A stretch of 64,000 nt of DNA from Phallusia mammillata (lineage: Eukaryota). Positions 13,160 through 26,080 of this stretch are shown here, piece by piece; positions within the stretch are counted from its first letter, which is position 1; the number at the start of each line of letters is the position of its first letter. Under the pieces are notes generated by a model. The model was not told where the DNA came from, made no database searches, and saw nothing but the letters and a program-made list of their open reading frames with translations. Where the stretch lies: positions 15,562,001 to 15,626,000 of the forward strand of contig OZ281494.1 in NCBI GenBank assembly GCA_965637545.1, given 5' to 3'. The translations under genes were made by a program, and so were the position numbers.

Positions 13160-16100
13160 AAGCCGGTGATTTCGCATGTTTATCTGACAGCTCTACCTAT
13201 ACCGCACGCCCTGGCTGAAGCAGTAAGTACAGTAGAGCAGCGTGCTTTCGACATGAGTCGACCGACTCTGCGTGCGTTCAGCGAAAAAAAAAGTAGCATT
13301 CTAGTTTGGATCTTGCGTGAATTCGTTGCGATAGGAAAATGCACCTAAAATCAGCATCCTGTAAAAAAATAGGATTACCTTCAAATTCAGCTTTAACGCA
13401 TTCAGCATCAATACCCATTTCCGCATCCGTCAATCTTATTGGGTTGGTGCGGTCAAGTGGACGATTGTTGCACTCGGATCAAACACGCCGAGCATCGTTC
13501 AGTAACGGGTAAATCGATTATTCGTCGCCGCTGTTGCTATGACGTAACAATAACACTGTGCACTTAAATTGCGAACATTCTTTCTTTTGTTTCGCGCTTT
13601 CCAATTGTATCGAAGTTATTTTAGTTCGCATCGCTCCGTAATTTGCTTCTCTTTTCCGCCTTTTCCGTATTTCCAGCTTTTTTTGCAATCACTTGCGTTG
13701 TTATTTATTGCGGCACATTGGTCGATATGAGGCGTTTGCCTTCAACTGTGCAACTGTGCAAGTTTCTCATGTCATATATGAACCGTACTTGCGAGTATTG
13801 TTACTCTTATTTCCCGTTTGCAATTAGAAATGGTCTGAATAATTCAAACTTCATTGGGAAGCAACTGGAAGCCATAGCAAGCATCTGTTATGCATGTTAT
13901 ATGTAATTTTCTCATTTTTGATCTCTCTCTATGAACCTACTGTAGGCGAGAGTCATAACAACGAGCGTATAACAATACTTGTTCGGGCCTGCTGTTGTTG
14001 TTAGCTTTATTGGTTTGGTTTGGTTCGGTCATAAAAGGAAAGGGCTAAAATCGAGTTAATGAATAATTTGGAACAATCACAACAGAGTGCCAGAGGCGAA
14101 GTATGGTTCTAGCCGTCAGCTCCCTGCTACAGCAGAAAAACACACAAAAAATTGCCCAACGTTTAAACACTACATACAAATCTTACAAAAACAAAGGGAA
14201 TACAGATGGTTTGCAGGCGATATATCTCTTCGTGTTTAGTTTTGGCCGACATACAACACAATTAGACGGCTTATTCCATCAGGTATAACACTGTTGAATT
14301 ATTACCAAAACTGAAATACACAAAGTGTGGTGTAGAACAAAACGCAGCAGACTGGAAGCACCTCTTATTTACCAACCAATCAAAACCTGCCGCCTTTTAG
14401 CAGAACGTGGGCAAGTGTTTAACAACTAAATACACAACTGCTTCCGTTGGGTATAATTTATGGTCTTTTATTTGTGGCACTAAGACGCCTCTTGGAGCAT
14501 TTCTGTTAAATTGGCACATCTCCGATCGAAGGCACAAGGGTTCTTGAGATGTTGCTCAGTGGCTTGGTCGAGAAAGCAATGTGGATAACCCATTGTTTGC
14601 CGCAATCAATATTTGGGATTTGGCGTGATTAGCAAAAAACAACAACTGCACAACTATTAAATGATGTGACTTTTGATAACTTACAAGCAAGTAACATGTT
14701 ATTCCAAAACTGTGTGCCGTATTCGATTAAAGGCGCGACGTTTACCCTGCTACAAAAGCATATACAACAGCATATAACACGAGTTGAACATAATGGCACA
14801 AGATCAACACTCGCACGACTCGTTGTTCAACAAATCTTGGCGAAAAGTAAGACTTCTTATCTTGTGTAATTATCAACGATTTTTGCACAGGTTTAACCAG
14901 CTTAAATCTTATCTTTTCGTGATCAATGTTGGGACTAAAAGCCGGCTGAGTCATCGCCGAGTGTAAACGGCAACAACGCACGGACCGACTTAAAAACATT
15001 TTCTCGTCACTGTTCAACGCGTCAATTGACGTTGTTGTTGCAAATATTCACCGATTTTGTGGGAATGACAACGTGGCATATTTTATTTAGCAGACACGTG
15101 ATTAATTTGCAGTAACCTTTGCTTGCACTCAAGAAAAAAAATTCTTAACTGGAGTTGTTATATTTGATCAAAAATAACTTTTTGTAGTATGCACAGGTTG
15201 TAAGTTCGTTATATGATTATTTGGGTACAATCCACCAGAATAACGGGTAATGGCCTTCATGTCACATAACAATCGGAGCCAAGAATTAAAAACTGTGCTA
15301 AAAACATCTTTAACAAATATTTTGGAGTTCGCATCGTATACGCCTCGTGCCTTTTCTACTAGCAGTTGACAATGAACCATTGTAGCAAGCCGACATCACA
15401 ATGAGCCACGCTTCTAATTCCTCTTTCAGGTTAAGAGACTGTATATTTGCTTTTCAATTGAGGCATATGTACGTGATAGGCGACGTGGTTGTCGCCAATG
15501 AAAAGCTGATATTAACATTAATGGGCTAGGCCTCTGTGCCCAGCCCGGTGTCAATGAAACCACTACAGCAGGTTTCAGGTTTGTGGTGGTGATCCCAAGA
15601 CGGAGGTGTGCCTTGAAACAGGAGAAAGTGATTGACTTTCATCCTTTGTCGGCTATAAAGCTGTACCTCTTAGTTTAAATGTTTTATTTTGATTGCTTAT
15701 ATGCATGGTACTGAGGTTATGTGCTTATTTCTATACAATATAAAAACGAGGCCAAAAATATAAATAGTTAAATTAAAAAACAAAATTTTGTCATTATAGG
15801 CATTGACACCTTTGTCGTTAATAATAACTATGTCTCATCACGTGATAATCTGATTAAACTAGGAAAAACCCTCTGAAGTATATCTTTAGTACGATGTGCA
15901 ATTTTTCTAGCACTAAGATTTTCAAAAACAAATCAGATTTACCTAAACGACTGCAAAGGTCATAGGCAATACGCTTTCGACCAGGCGTCAAATCTTTTTA
16001 CCCCATACGGGCAAATTTCCTGAAGGAGGGATCAAACGATATTGACAAGCCCATTCAGGTGTAGGAAACGACTCACCTATCTAAATCGGACGTTAGGCTA

Positions 16101-17496
16101 ACGAAACAAAGCTCTTGTATTTTATAGATTTCAGGTATGAAAAGACTTGTCAAACCATAAGGCCGGTGACATCTGGAGTCCTTTTTCCAGTGTACATAAG
16201 GTGCGCCAAGGCTAAACCACTGTTGTTGATATGTTGCGAGGAAATGGCTATATAGGCTTTACTTGATTTTGGCACACATCATAATCTTCTTTCAATCTTG
16301 GCATCTTCCCTATGTCAGCACTATGGGATTTGTACGCTTCGCTTGAGGTCTGCAACATACATGTGTAAATGGTTTAACAAAAAAATGTTGCGTGCATAAA
16401 TGGCATTAAAGGAACTCTTTCGGTTACATGTAAACTCATCGGGGCGTTTAGTTTCCCACTGTTTTGCATTGCTTTACTTTTTGCCTATTTTACGCACTTT
16501 TCAGGACCATCACAGTACGCCAGGGCCATTGAAGGCGCTATATCGAATCAGCCGGTCACCAAGCATTCACCACCATATGGCAAGGTTTTCAGGACCATAA
16601 AACATTATAGCTCGTTGTCAAAGATTTCGTTTTTGAAAAGTCTAAAAACATTTACGTCGATCTTGATGCTATTGTGCAATAAAGCGAACTGAGGCATGGT
16701 TGTAAATATCAGAACGGAAATCAAACTGTCTGTCAATCGATTGACGTTCCACCTGACACGCTTTACTGGACACAAATCACACGGAAATCGACACGCCACA
16801 CAAAGCCCTACTTCCGTTCTCACAGTTCGACGGCATCAGTGGCATAGAGCCACCAGCCACATATAGACTTGTTGAGAAGATGGCACAGACGTCGGAACAC
16901 CGGCTTACAAGCTTTGGTACAGTGGCTCGCGACGCATGCGGGACAATCAAAGCGGTGTTGTTGTGTATCAGGTGTTCAGTTCACCAGCTCACTCCGCTTA
17001 GTCTGACTATTGACGTACAACCGTGGGAACCCATACACTTTCATAGGATGGCTGGCTAAGCGCACAAAATAGTTGGCTAATGGACGGGTATTGGGTGTAC
17101 CACACAAAGCGCTATTGGGAACGAATTTTGAAGGAAAATACTAAGTTTAGATCTTCGTGTAAGTGATACGTGGTCCAAATTGGTTAAGGTTTTTGTATTG
17201 TTTTCAGCAAAAATCCCGTTCTGATAAACTCCGGATTACGAATCGTTACTAAACGCAAATAAAATACAGCAAAAGCAAGATTTTGCATAGAGCTGATGCA
17301 AATTAAAATATCATTCAAAAGGTTCTTGCCAAATTTCCGGTTGTATATTAAAAACCAAGCCATTGTTGGCAAAGTTAAATATTAACAAACAAACAGTAAT
17401 GGTACATGGGGTGGTTAAAGATATAGTGCTGTATATACATTGTTAGGGTAATGGTATAATGATTGTGTATAGTTACACAGTATGTTGTCATTACAC

Positions 17497-17944
17497 CAGG
17501 GCTCTTCAACCGGGGTTCCTAGCAACCCTTACATGAGTTCCGTGAACTTTGTAGGACGGGGGTTTACAGCGGCTTGGTGTAGCAATTCAAGCATGAATGA
17601 TCCATAATATCACTGTTGCGAACAGCAATGCTCGCCTTTACAATATTGTTAACCTTGATTACACCATTGATCAATTGTGACGTAATAAACACAGGCACGA
17701 TCCACTCCAAATTGCGAGATAAATGTAGAAACGACAGATCCCAGGCAATGTATTTCAAAGAATCGTTCAACTGATGTCAACTTTTATTATGTGCTTGGGA
17801 TGTGTTAAGTAAAAAAAAGAATTTTTCTTTGACGTTGCCTACTTCTTACATTTATTAAAGTTATTTTACGGGGGATTCCATAACAACAAGGTTTGACAAA
17901 ACACCATGGGGGTTCCGTGCCACTAAAAAGGTTGAAGAGCACTG
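17497..17944. mobile_element. hAT-family MITE, 448 bp
   Basis: TIRs CAGGGCTCTTCAACC / GGTTGAAGAGCACTG (14/15). Perfect 8-bp TSD CATTACAC (17489-17496, 17945-17952). Confidence 0.92.
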
Positions 17945-20900
17945 CATTACACCGCTTCGATCAGAGCGTCCACGATTTAGTAGCGACTTAGACCATGCAC
18001 CAGTCGCTTCACATCCCTCTACCTGCAGTACCATGCAGTTTATTTTGCTTGGTAAAAAGTAATTTTCATTACAGTGCGCTAGGCTAACAGAATCTTAACC
18101 TCTACCCGAAACCATGAACTTTAAACGAAGGAAAGAGACAATAAAATGTTTTGTTTCTGCACGCAACTGCTTTTACCTATTGAATTTTTCCTTAATTAGC
18201 CTATAGGGTGTCCGTTAACAAAACATCTCTTTGTATGTCTATTCATATATTCATTTACAACCGTCAAAAAGAACTATTAGAATTAGATGTACTATTAAGA
18301 TGAATACCTGGCGTATTGCGATGTGTGTACTATTATTACAATGTTGTAACCAAATAGCTTGGAATGATATGTTCGTGGATTTGCTTGTCACAAAATGCAA
18401 TGTCAAAATATTTTTGCATTTGATTATTTCGAATCTAGCAATGAGTTTAAACGCGAACGAGAAAATTCTACATCATTTTTTTGCACTTTAACCCGTGTCC
18501 AAAAGAGTTTCACGATCAACAACAGAAGAGTTTGCCCTTGACGAGATTAAGTGGCCAACTGCTGTGTTAAGCGATGTTCGTTGGGCGTGCTTCGTCCTTC
18601 AACTTAAACCGCGAACGATCAACCACTTCTGACTGGTTTGAACTGGTTCCCAGAAGTTTGACGAAACAGAAGGAGACCCGTTTACACTGTACAGCAAAAG
18701 GTCGTGCTGCTGGGTTATGTATTACACAGTTTTACTTTGGGTTTTATTTTCGCACGAGCGGGTTTAAAATACATGTAATCTATGGTAAGTCGCCGGATAT
18801 CAGGGTATAAACATGGTCACCAAAATGGCAACTTTATCACTTTTCCTAACATAAGCAAACATATTACCTGAAATTAGATGCAAACATTTAAAGCAATCTA
18901 TTATTTTTGTCGAAAACTTACCTTTTAACCGTTTGAAAAAACCTTTTAACCATAAAACATCTCACCTTAGTCCAAAACATTTCGTATAAAAATCAGCAAT
19001 TTTTTAGTCAAGTCATCGCACACAGGTTAAATTAGATTGCGATTTCGTCGTTGTGTGATGCGAAGAGTTCAACGTTTGATCGGTTGACTTGTGGTGTAGG
19101 TGGGCAATTTATTGCGCAAGATTTGGCAATAAACTGCTCGCAACATAGCTTGCTTTTTAGTCGCAAGTGCAAACAGATTGAGCATGTGAAGTAGGGAAGG
19201 TTTGCAAACATTTGCCGTGGCGCATGATTTTATGTGTTCTTGTACCACGTGACCACAACCCTGAATGACTTGAGCATGTGCAAAACAAATCTGCTTTCCT
19301 CTATACTTACACAAGCCAGCTTGAAAATACCAAAGTTTAAAAACCACTGAAAACGAACACACTTTGAACACAGGCAATCAAGTAAACTATGGACTTGTAA
19401 ACACTATCAGCTGGTTGAGAGGAAAAGTTTAGGTACCTTCAAGAAAAGTTCATAAAGTCGTGCCGCAGGAAACGTGTGGAAAACTATTTATTCACATATT
19501 GGTTGTGTACATTTTAGCCACAAATCGCATAATGACGTCACTACACACATTGTCGGCGGCAATAAAACTGAACCTGCCACGTAAATCTTAAATACGAAAA
19601 TAAATCACTTAAAAGGTTGCCATCGGAAATCTGCAATCTACGTTTACTTTTAAGCTTGTGCAACGGCTGCCAAATCGCTTAATTTAAGGTGCTGTTGTGT
19701 TGGTTGCTGAGCAACGTATGCCGGCTTTGTATCTCAAACAAGATAATTTACGATGTGAACGAAATGTAACCCCGTTGTTATTTGCCTATATGCAGTGACC
19801 GTGATTCCATAGGTATTTTGTCATTCGCACAAATTGCTCTTTGCTGTTATGACAATGTAGGCGATGGTGTAAGTCTAAAGGTTCACGGGATACCTATACA
19901 GAGGTATACGGTATTACGCAGAAATCGCTCATAAGTCAATTTTCCCAGAAAAAAATTCACAATTTCAAAGTGCTGCACAGTTATTTAGTTAAACTGGTAT
20001 TTTCTTGTGATTTTATACACCGGCGTTTTGCAGACATCAAAACTTTCTACTAACGTACTATATTTATTTATGACTGAATACAAAAGGTCCGGTACTGTGC
20101 AAATGTCATTCTCGGTTTAATAATGTCGCACAAGCCTTTAAATATAGAAAACGCGGTGTGTACAAGTACGTCTGCACATATAGTCCATATTTAGCCCGGA
20201 TATTGCGCCATAACTAATGTTTGCACGTTTGTTGGAAAAGAGGTTTTGGTAAAAATTTACGCGCGGCCAAACATTGACAGATCTTTAGTGCTAGGACCCT
20301 AAAGTGGTTGCCCTGTTTTCTGCCTTATGGTAGTTTATCGTGTCTACATTCCCTTTTGTCAGGTAAATAAATTATACCATAGGGTAAATTAACTCAGGGT
20401 TCCTTATCTGCCTTTTATAGTCTTACATGATTTATTAAAAAGTAAATTGGCCTCCGGATAAGGTGAATTTAATTATCGGCATGTTTGGACAAAGTATATA
20501 CACATTTGATTGTTTGATCGTGGAAAGTATAAGTAAGACATATGGCGACATTATCTTATCCAACTGTGCTGTGTGCTTATGTCATTAACGGGTTTGCGAC
20601 ACGACAACCTCCAAATGCAAACAAACTTTCAAGCTAACCTAAAGCAGACATGGCAGCTGACATAGCATTATATGTTAAAGCAAGCTTGAAATAAAATAAA
20701 CCCAGAGGTACGTTTTCTATTGTTTGTGAGTCTCGATTTTATTTGTGTTTAAAAATGCCGGTATTGAAAGTTCACACATGATAAATACAAACTTCTTTAT
20801 CCCATTTTCAACTATTTTATACTATTTCAACTTATAGATACCATTTTGAAATATTTTTTTACCATTTTCAACCGTTTCATACAATTTTTAACTGTTTTAT

Positions 20901-21460
20901 GTCATTAAACTGTTCTATATCTTTTTTCGTTGTGTAAGTTTGAAAAAAAAATTCTCCAATTTCTAGGCAGTTACAGAGCATCACGTGACTCGGAAAACGA
21001 GCCGGGTACAGAAGGTTTACGAGGATTGAGGTAAATCTGCAGAGCGATAAAACCATCGTCCAGCAAACACAAAGCAAAGGATGAGGCTGCCTGTGTTGAC
21101 AACCGAGCGTTTACGACACTTCGCGGAAATGTCAACTCGTAATTTCAAACAAGGCTTTGATGTTACAAAATATTAATTTTTAGTAGAACATAAACTAGTT
21201 GATGTTTTTGTTTTTGCTTGTTTGTGACGCTTGTATTTCATTTTGTTTATTGTTAAGTGTCACACAATTTGATCAGACTAACTTTTTTTAAATTTTGTTG
21301 CATAAGCTTATGTTGTTGTTGTTTTTTGTAGTTTGATCACATCTTGTGAATCTATGTTATAGATCCTATAACAATAGACTAACCTATTTTAAGTCCAGGT
21401 AGCTATACGTTATGGTAAACCGACTAGCCTAACCCTTAAGGGATGAAAGATCCCTTAAGG

Positions 21461-22595
21461 CAGGGGCGGGCAACTTCTCCAGTCGGCGGGCCTGATATAG
21501 GAAAATGAAGTACTTGGCGGGCCGGATTTCTGAATCGACACATTAATCGCGTATTTATCCAGTGATTTACAACGGATTTTCGACCACCTAAACCAGGGGT
21601 CGCCAACCCGCGGCTCCGGAGCCGCATGCGGCTCTTTGATCCCTCTGATGCGGCTCAGTTTTTGAATTTACCAAATGTTGTACATTTGAATAAAAATTAT
21701 GTGACGATTATGCCGAACACAAAAGTCGAACACGAAAATTGAAGTGCAGTAGCATGACTGTACTCGCTTGTTGTAGTTACTTGCAACCCCATCTCTATAC
21801 CATCAAACGTGAAGTCTGAAAAAGGCAAACTGGCGGCGCGCAGGTTAATACGCAATATGAGACAATACTGTTTTTGTTTGCAGTGTGTGCGCGCGCGTAA
21901 CAAACGCGTTAACAAAGGAATACAAATCTGCAAAAACAGAATATGCAACGCTACGTAAAGTTGTTTTCTCTGCTGACGAGACTAGTATACCAGTGTGTCT
22001 AATATGCAATGAAACACTAGCTAACAACAAAAAGTCGAATGTCATAAGACTAAAAACGTTTTGCATTTTATTTTAAATTTTCAAACGACTTTGTGGCTCC
22101 CAGTGTTTTTTTACCACGTGAAACTGGTCCGAGTGGCTCTTTGAGTAGTAAAGGTTGGCGACCCCTGACCTAAACCATATACATTCAAGAACATCACAAA
22201 TGCAATACAGTCCAAACAATCTAACTGATATAACATAAAATTATTCACCACAGCAAATTTAATGCATACACCACTGACTTAGATACTGCCGAAACACTGG
22301 GCTACACGTGTGGAAACAAAAGAAACCGTAAATGTAGGCCACACACATGGTTGGCAGTTATGTCGTAACAATGTACGTATGGTGCAATGGTAACAACGGC
22401 GGGAAAGTTTTTGCTATTAGGGAGCGTTACTGTCCGTTACAACTATAATTTGACGCAGTAGGCAAGTAGTGGGGGATTGTGGCAGACTGTGGCCGCGGGC
22501 CACATTATCATGTAAGACCTGAAACTGTCTGCGGGCCGCTCAAAATCCCGTCGCGGGCCGGATCCGGCCCGCGGGCCGTATGTTGCCCGCCCCTG
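21461..22595. mobile_element. hAT-family MITE (outer element of a nested pair)
   Basis: Perfect 14-bp TIRs CAGGGGCGGGCAAC / GTTGCCCGCCCCTG. Perfect palindromic TSD CCTTAAGG (21453-21460, 22596-22603). GC-rich GGCCCGCGGGCC subterminal repeats at the right end. Confidence 0.93.
21594..22167 (+). mobile_element. Internally deleted Buster/Charlie hAT element (574 bp) nested in the 21461-22595 MITE; retains a transposase N-terminal BED-finger remnant
   Basis: Perfect 15-bp TIRs CAGGGGTCGCCAACC / GGTTGGCGACCCCTG. Perfect TSD ACCTAAAC. Internal frame ...IPVCLICNETLANNKKSNVIRL (ORF 21885-22076) resembles the PVCLIC...K..N..RH BED finger of Charlie/Buster transposases. Confidence 0.93.
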
Positions 22596-25500
22596 CCTTA
22601 AGGGATAATTTACTCAAGGAACAAAAAAGTTGAACAAATACTTTGCATGCGTAATTCTTTACATACACTGCCTATGTCATATAAATAAAACGTTTGGCAA
22701 ATTTTGAAAACTTAAACTACAAGGTATTAGTTCGACACATGTTCCAGCTAAAGGTCATCGCTCTTCGATTACATTTCGGACAAATGATAATTTATGGAAC
22801 CAAATCAGCGTCGATAAGCTCTGTGGCATCAAAACAAGCCTGTTTAAAAGGTTTAGGCAATGAAAACAGTTTCAGATTTACGCATACATCCATCATGGCA
22901 CGTCACGTAAATGAAAGTAATGACAGAATGCCCAGATTACGTAGGTTCTATTTTTAGGTGTTTTATTGCGGTTTGAACAGTTCAGTGATGAGCTAATGTT
23001 TAACTGATCAACATATTGTTTTGAATCGGAAAAGAAAGTAATTGTGTTGTTCGATATAACCAGCATGGCAAACGAAAGTCAAACGTACTCTACAAAAAGC
23101 CAGCATGACCAAGCAATTAAATATCGTCAAGTAAATGTACTACTACTACCGATAACGATATTTTGTGATATTTTGTATCGCTTCAAAACTAAAACAAATT
23201 GTATATGCACCAATGTGTGAAGATCAAATTTATAACCGCACGACAAATAATTTGTGGGGTAAAAATTCGAGACAGTTTTGTAGATGGTTAATCGTGTTCA
23301 TGGTAGCAAAACTTAGTGACCTCAGACACATAGCCTGGCTTCTCAAGTCATTGATAGTTGCTGATTGAGTGCAGCCAGCATATAACCACCGCGTTGTTCA
23401 ATGCTTATGCGTGCTGACACAACAACTAAAGCACTCTTACATCTTCTTCAACGAAGGTGGTCCAAATCTCTGCTGATTTATTGCTTTGAGGTCGAAAACT
23501 TGAAACGCTGACAGCAGAAGTGCGATATATTCGCGCCATTCTCAGCGTTGGGGGTAAAATTTGCGGTTTTTACTTGGCCATATAATATCAAGTTGTTCGT
23601 TTGCAGTCAGTTGTTCAAAGTATTGCAGTTAACTAAAGGATCCGGTAAAAGCCACAATGACGCACAATGGCGGTTTGCTTTATAAGTTAATTTGACGGAA
23701 AGGTTTAACAACACAGTGTAAAAAATTAACTTTTCTTCGAATGTTTAACTTCTACCCTAATTAGGACCCGACTTCAAATCTAGTCCATGATATAGTGCGG
23801 CATATCCTACGTTTGCTATAGGTTGACGCAACGAAATTATTGTTGCAAAAAGTCTCGCCTTCTACTTAATCTTTTAAAATTTATTCCAAAATTGTGTACA
23901 TACTTTGAGGTGACATTTTCGAGAACTCTTGCACACTGCTTGATGCCACAAAGGGGTACTTTTTGTTTGGTCAAGCATCTGCATTGCTTACGGGCCAGAA
24001 CGTCCTAAAGTCATATCTTTACAATCTTCAATTGTCCCAACATGGACTTCGGGAGATTCATAACCAGACGCCAAGTCGCCATGCAAATCATTAAAGGCGG
24101 CAAAACCGAATAGACACCCTTCATTTTCGCCGCGACTAAAACAGTTCCAAGTCCTAAAAGCGTTGTGAGTCGTCTTATGCAATTCATTTGTACTATCCTG
24201 TTATTCTTTGAGAAAAAATGCTAAAAATGAAAAGTTCTGTTTTGTAAAGATTAGTAGCATTTTGGGGAGTTGGGTTGGGTATGTTAAGCATTGGTATTGT
24301 ACATGCCATTTTTAGGCATGGAAACGAAATTGAAAAAAAATGATAAAGGCTTTAAGACCGTGATGGGAACCAGTCTTACCGATTTTAAACAAGAAACATT
24401 TTGCAACTTTATCAAGCGTTCAGTATTTAAAAAAAAATTTCTGAAAGAACGTTGTGGCCACCTATTCAATATTCTACAGAATTTGAAAGGTCCGGATTAC
24501 GAAAGTGATGGGCAAACAAAAGAATTGCCCATCAAGAAAGTAGCACTTTGACGACGCTGCGAAAAAGGACATTTAAAATTTACGTGCACACTGTAAAACG
24601 GCGCAATACGAAATGCACACGACACAAGGATCCCTGAGGCATTAAATCCAATAAACCGCCATTATATTTGCAAACACGACGTCACGTGTCAAGCGGTTAT
24701 GACGTCAATCCCCACCGCTAATAACGTAAAAGCGATACTCCTGTCGGTAAATCGTGACGTAAACGTTATTGACTTCAAACAAAGTTACGTGACGTCATGT
24801 TGGCTAATCTGTTGGTGACGTCTAATGCAATGTGGTTTGAAAGATACGTGAGCAACTCCATGCTAAATGTCTTTACGACACTCATAACAAGAACAAACAT
24901 AAATTTTAAAAATTGCACATAAATGTTCACGGCACTTAATTGTGACATCTGTTGCGTTTTCATTTCTAATAAGGAAGCGCACAGTTGTTGTTTTTTTCAG
25001 TTCTCCCTATGGAATTTACAAAACTTTGACGTTCCTAAAGTAACAACTAACAAGTTTACAGGGTACGTCAATGTGGACACGCTGAGTCAACTCTGTAAAA
25101 CGAGTTTTGGTTACAAATTTAATAATACACCTTGATTGATTTCAGAAAATAAAATACAACTTGTTTACATTCGCTGTCGCCTGTGGTTTCCCATGAGCGG
25201 AAACAGGTCAACAGGTTCGACGTTGGGTCAAAAATCCCCGGAAAGCCTCTTAAACCCGGGTGCCCTGTCCACAAGACAACAAAATCAACATTTAATCCAC
25301 TTGTACAGCGATTTTAGCAGCAACAACAGGAAGAAACGTGTCGCTCTGTGTGGAAGGTGTTTTGATGCGTCTCGGTCCAATTAATACCAAACGCGAGTGA
25401 ATCATCATGTTTGCTTGATGGCTTTAAGTGTGTTGTCTCTCTTTTGACAAGGGGATTTGCCTGCAACGTCCCCTGGTGATACAAGAACGTATTTATAGCT

Positions 25501-25875
25501 TCAGTATAAAGAGATTTGCCCAATGCTGATAAAATGTAAACCATTTACTAATTTCTTCGTCCTTCAGGCAATCCCATTGAAAACAGGTTTCATTTAAACT
25601 CCGCATTTGTTATTTCAAGACCTTCAAAGCGGTTGACGGCAGTCAAAGCTGTTTCGATAACACAATGTTAAACCTGGGCGATTCTCAAGGCTAACAACAA
25701 AAGTAAAGACTGTAAAATAAATCATTGTACATTGCACTACTACTTGAGCAGCGGAAGATAGAAAACATGTTTTAACGGATAACAACGACGTTAATGCTTA
25801 CAGAAAAACTGCAAGAGTTTTATTGAAAGATTAACACACAACCGCAAATATAAAAAGATGCAAAACCATTTAATA

Positions 25876-26080
25876 CAGGATGGACGAGTGGAAAGCGAAA
25901 CCGCCTAGTATGCCTATTCACAAAGTTGTTGGTTCAAATCCCGTCTCGGTCACTTTTGTTTACCTGAGCAATAAATTTAGCTAACCCAGTAAATTGAGTT
26001 GAACTAAATTGAAGTCACCAGCTCTTGAAGTCGATACATGACAATAATGGACTGGATTTTTACTATGAATAAAGCAAAGA
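25876..26080 (+). mobile_element. Degenerate tRNA-derived SINE (boundaries approximate)
   Basis: A-box-like TGGACGAGTGG (25881-25891) and B-box GGTTCAAATCCC (25931-25942) at tRNA-like spacing, but no cloverleaf. A body 23-mer GAGTTGAACTAAATTGAAGTCAC (25996-26018) recurs exactly at 56619-56641. Confidence 0.55.

Noticed and set aside
16860-16980. YKLWYSG...GVVV, faintly like a LINE/RTE endonuclease segment
   Set aside because: Too short and interrupted, with no other endonuclease or RT motifs nearby.
24010-24551. Open frames with possible piggyBac-like wording (DFGRFITRRQVAMQII) and ORF 24291-24551
   Set aside because: No catalytic motifs, TIRs or TTAA TSD identified.
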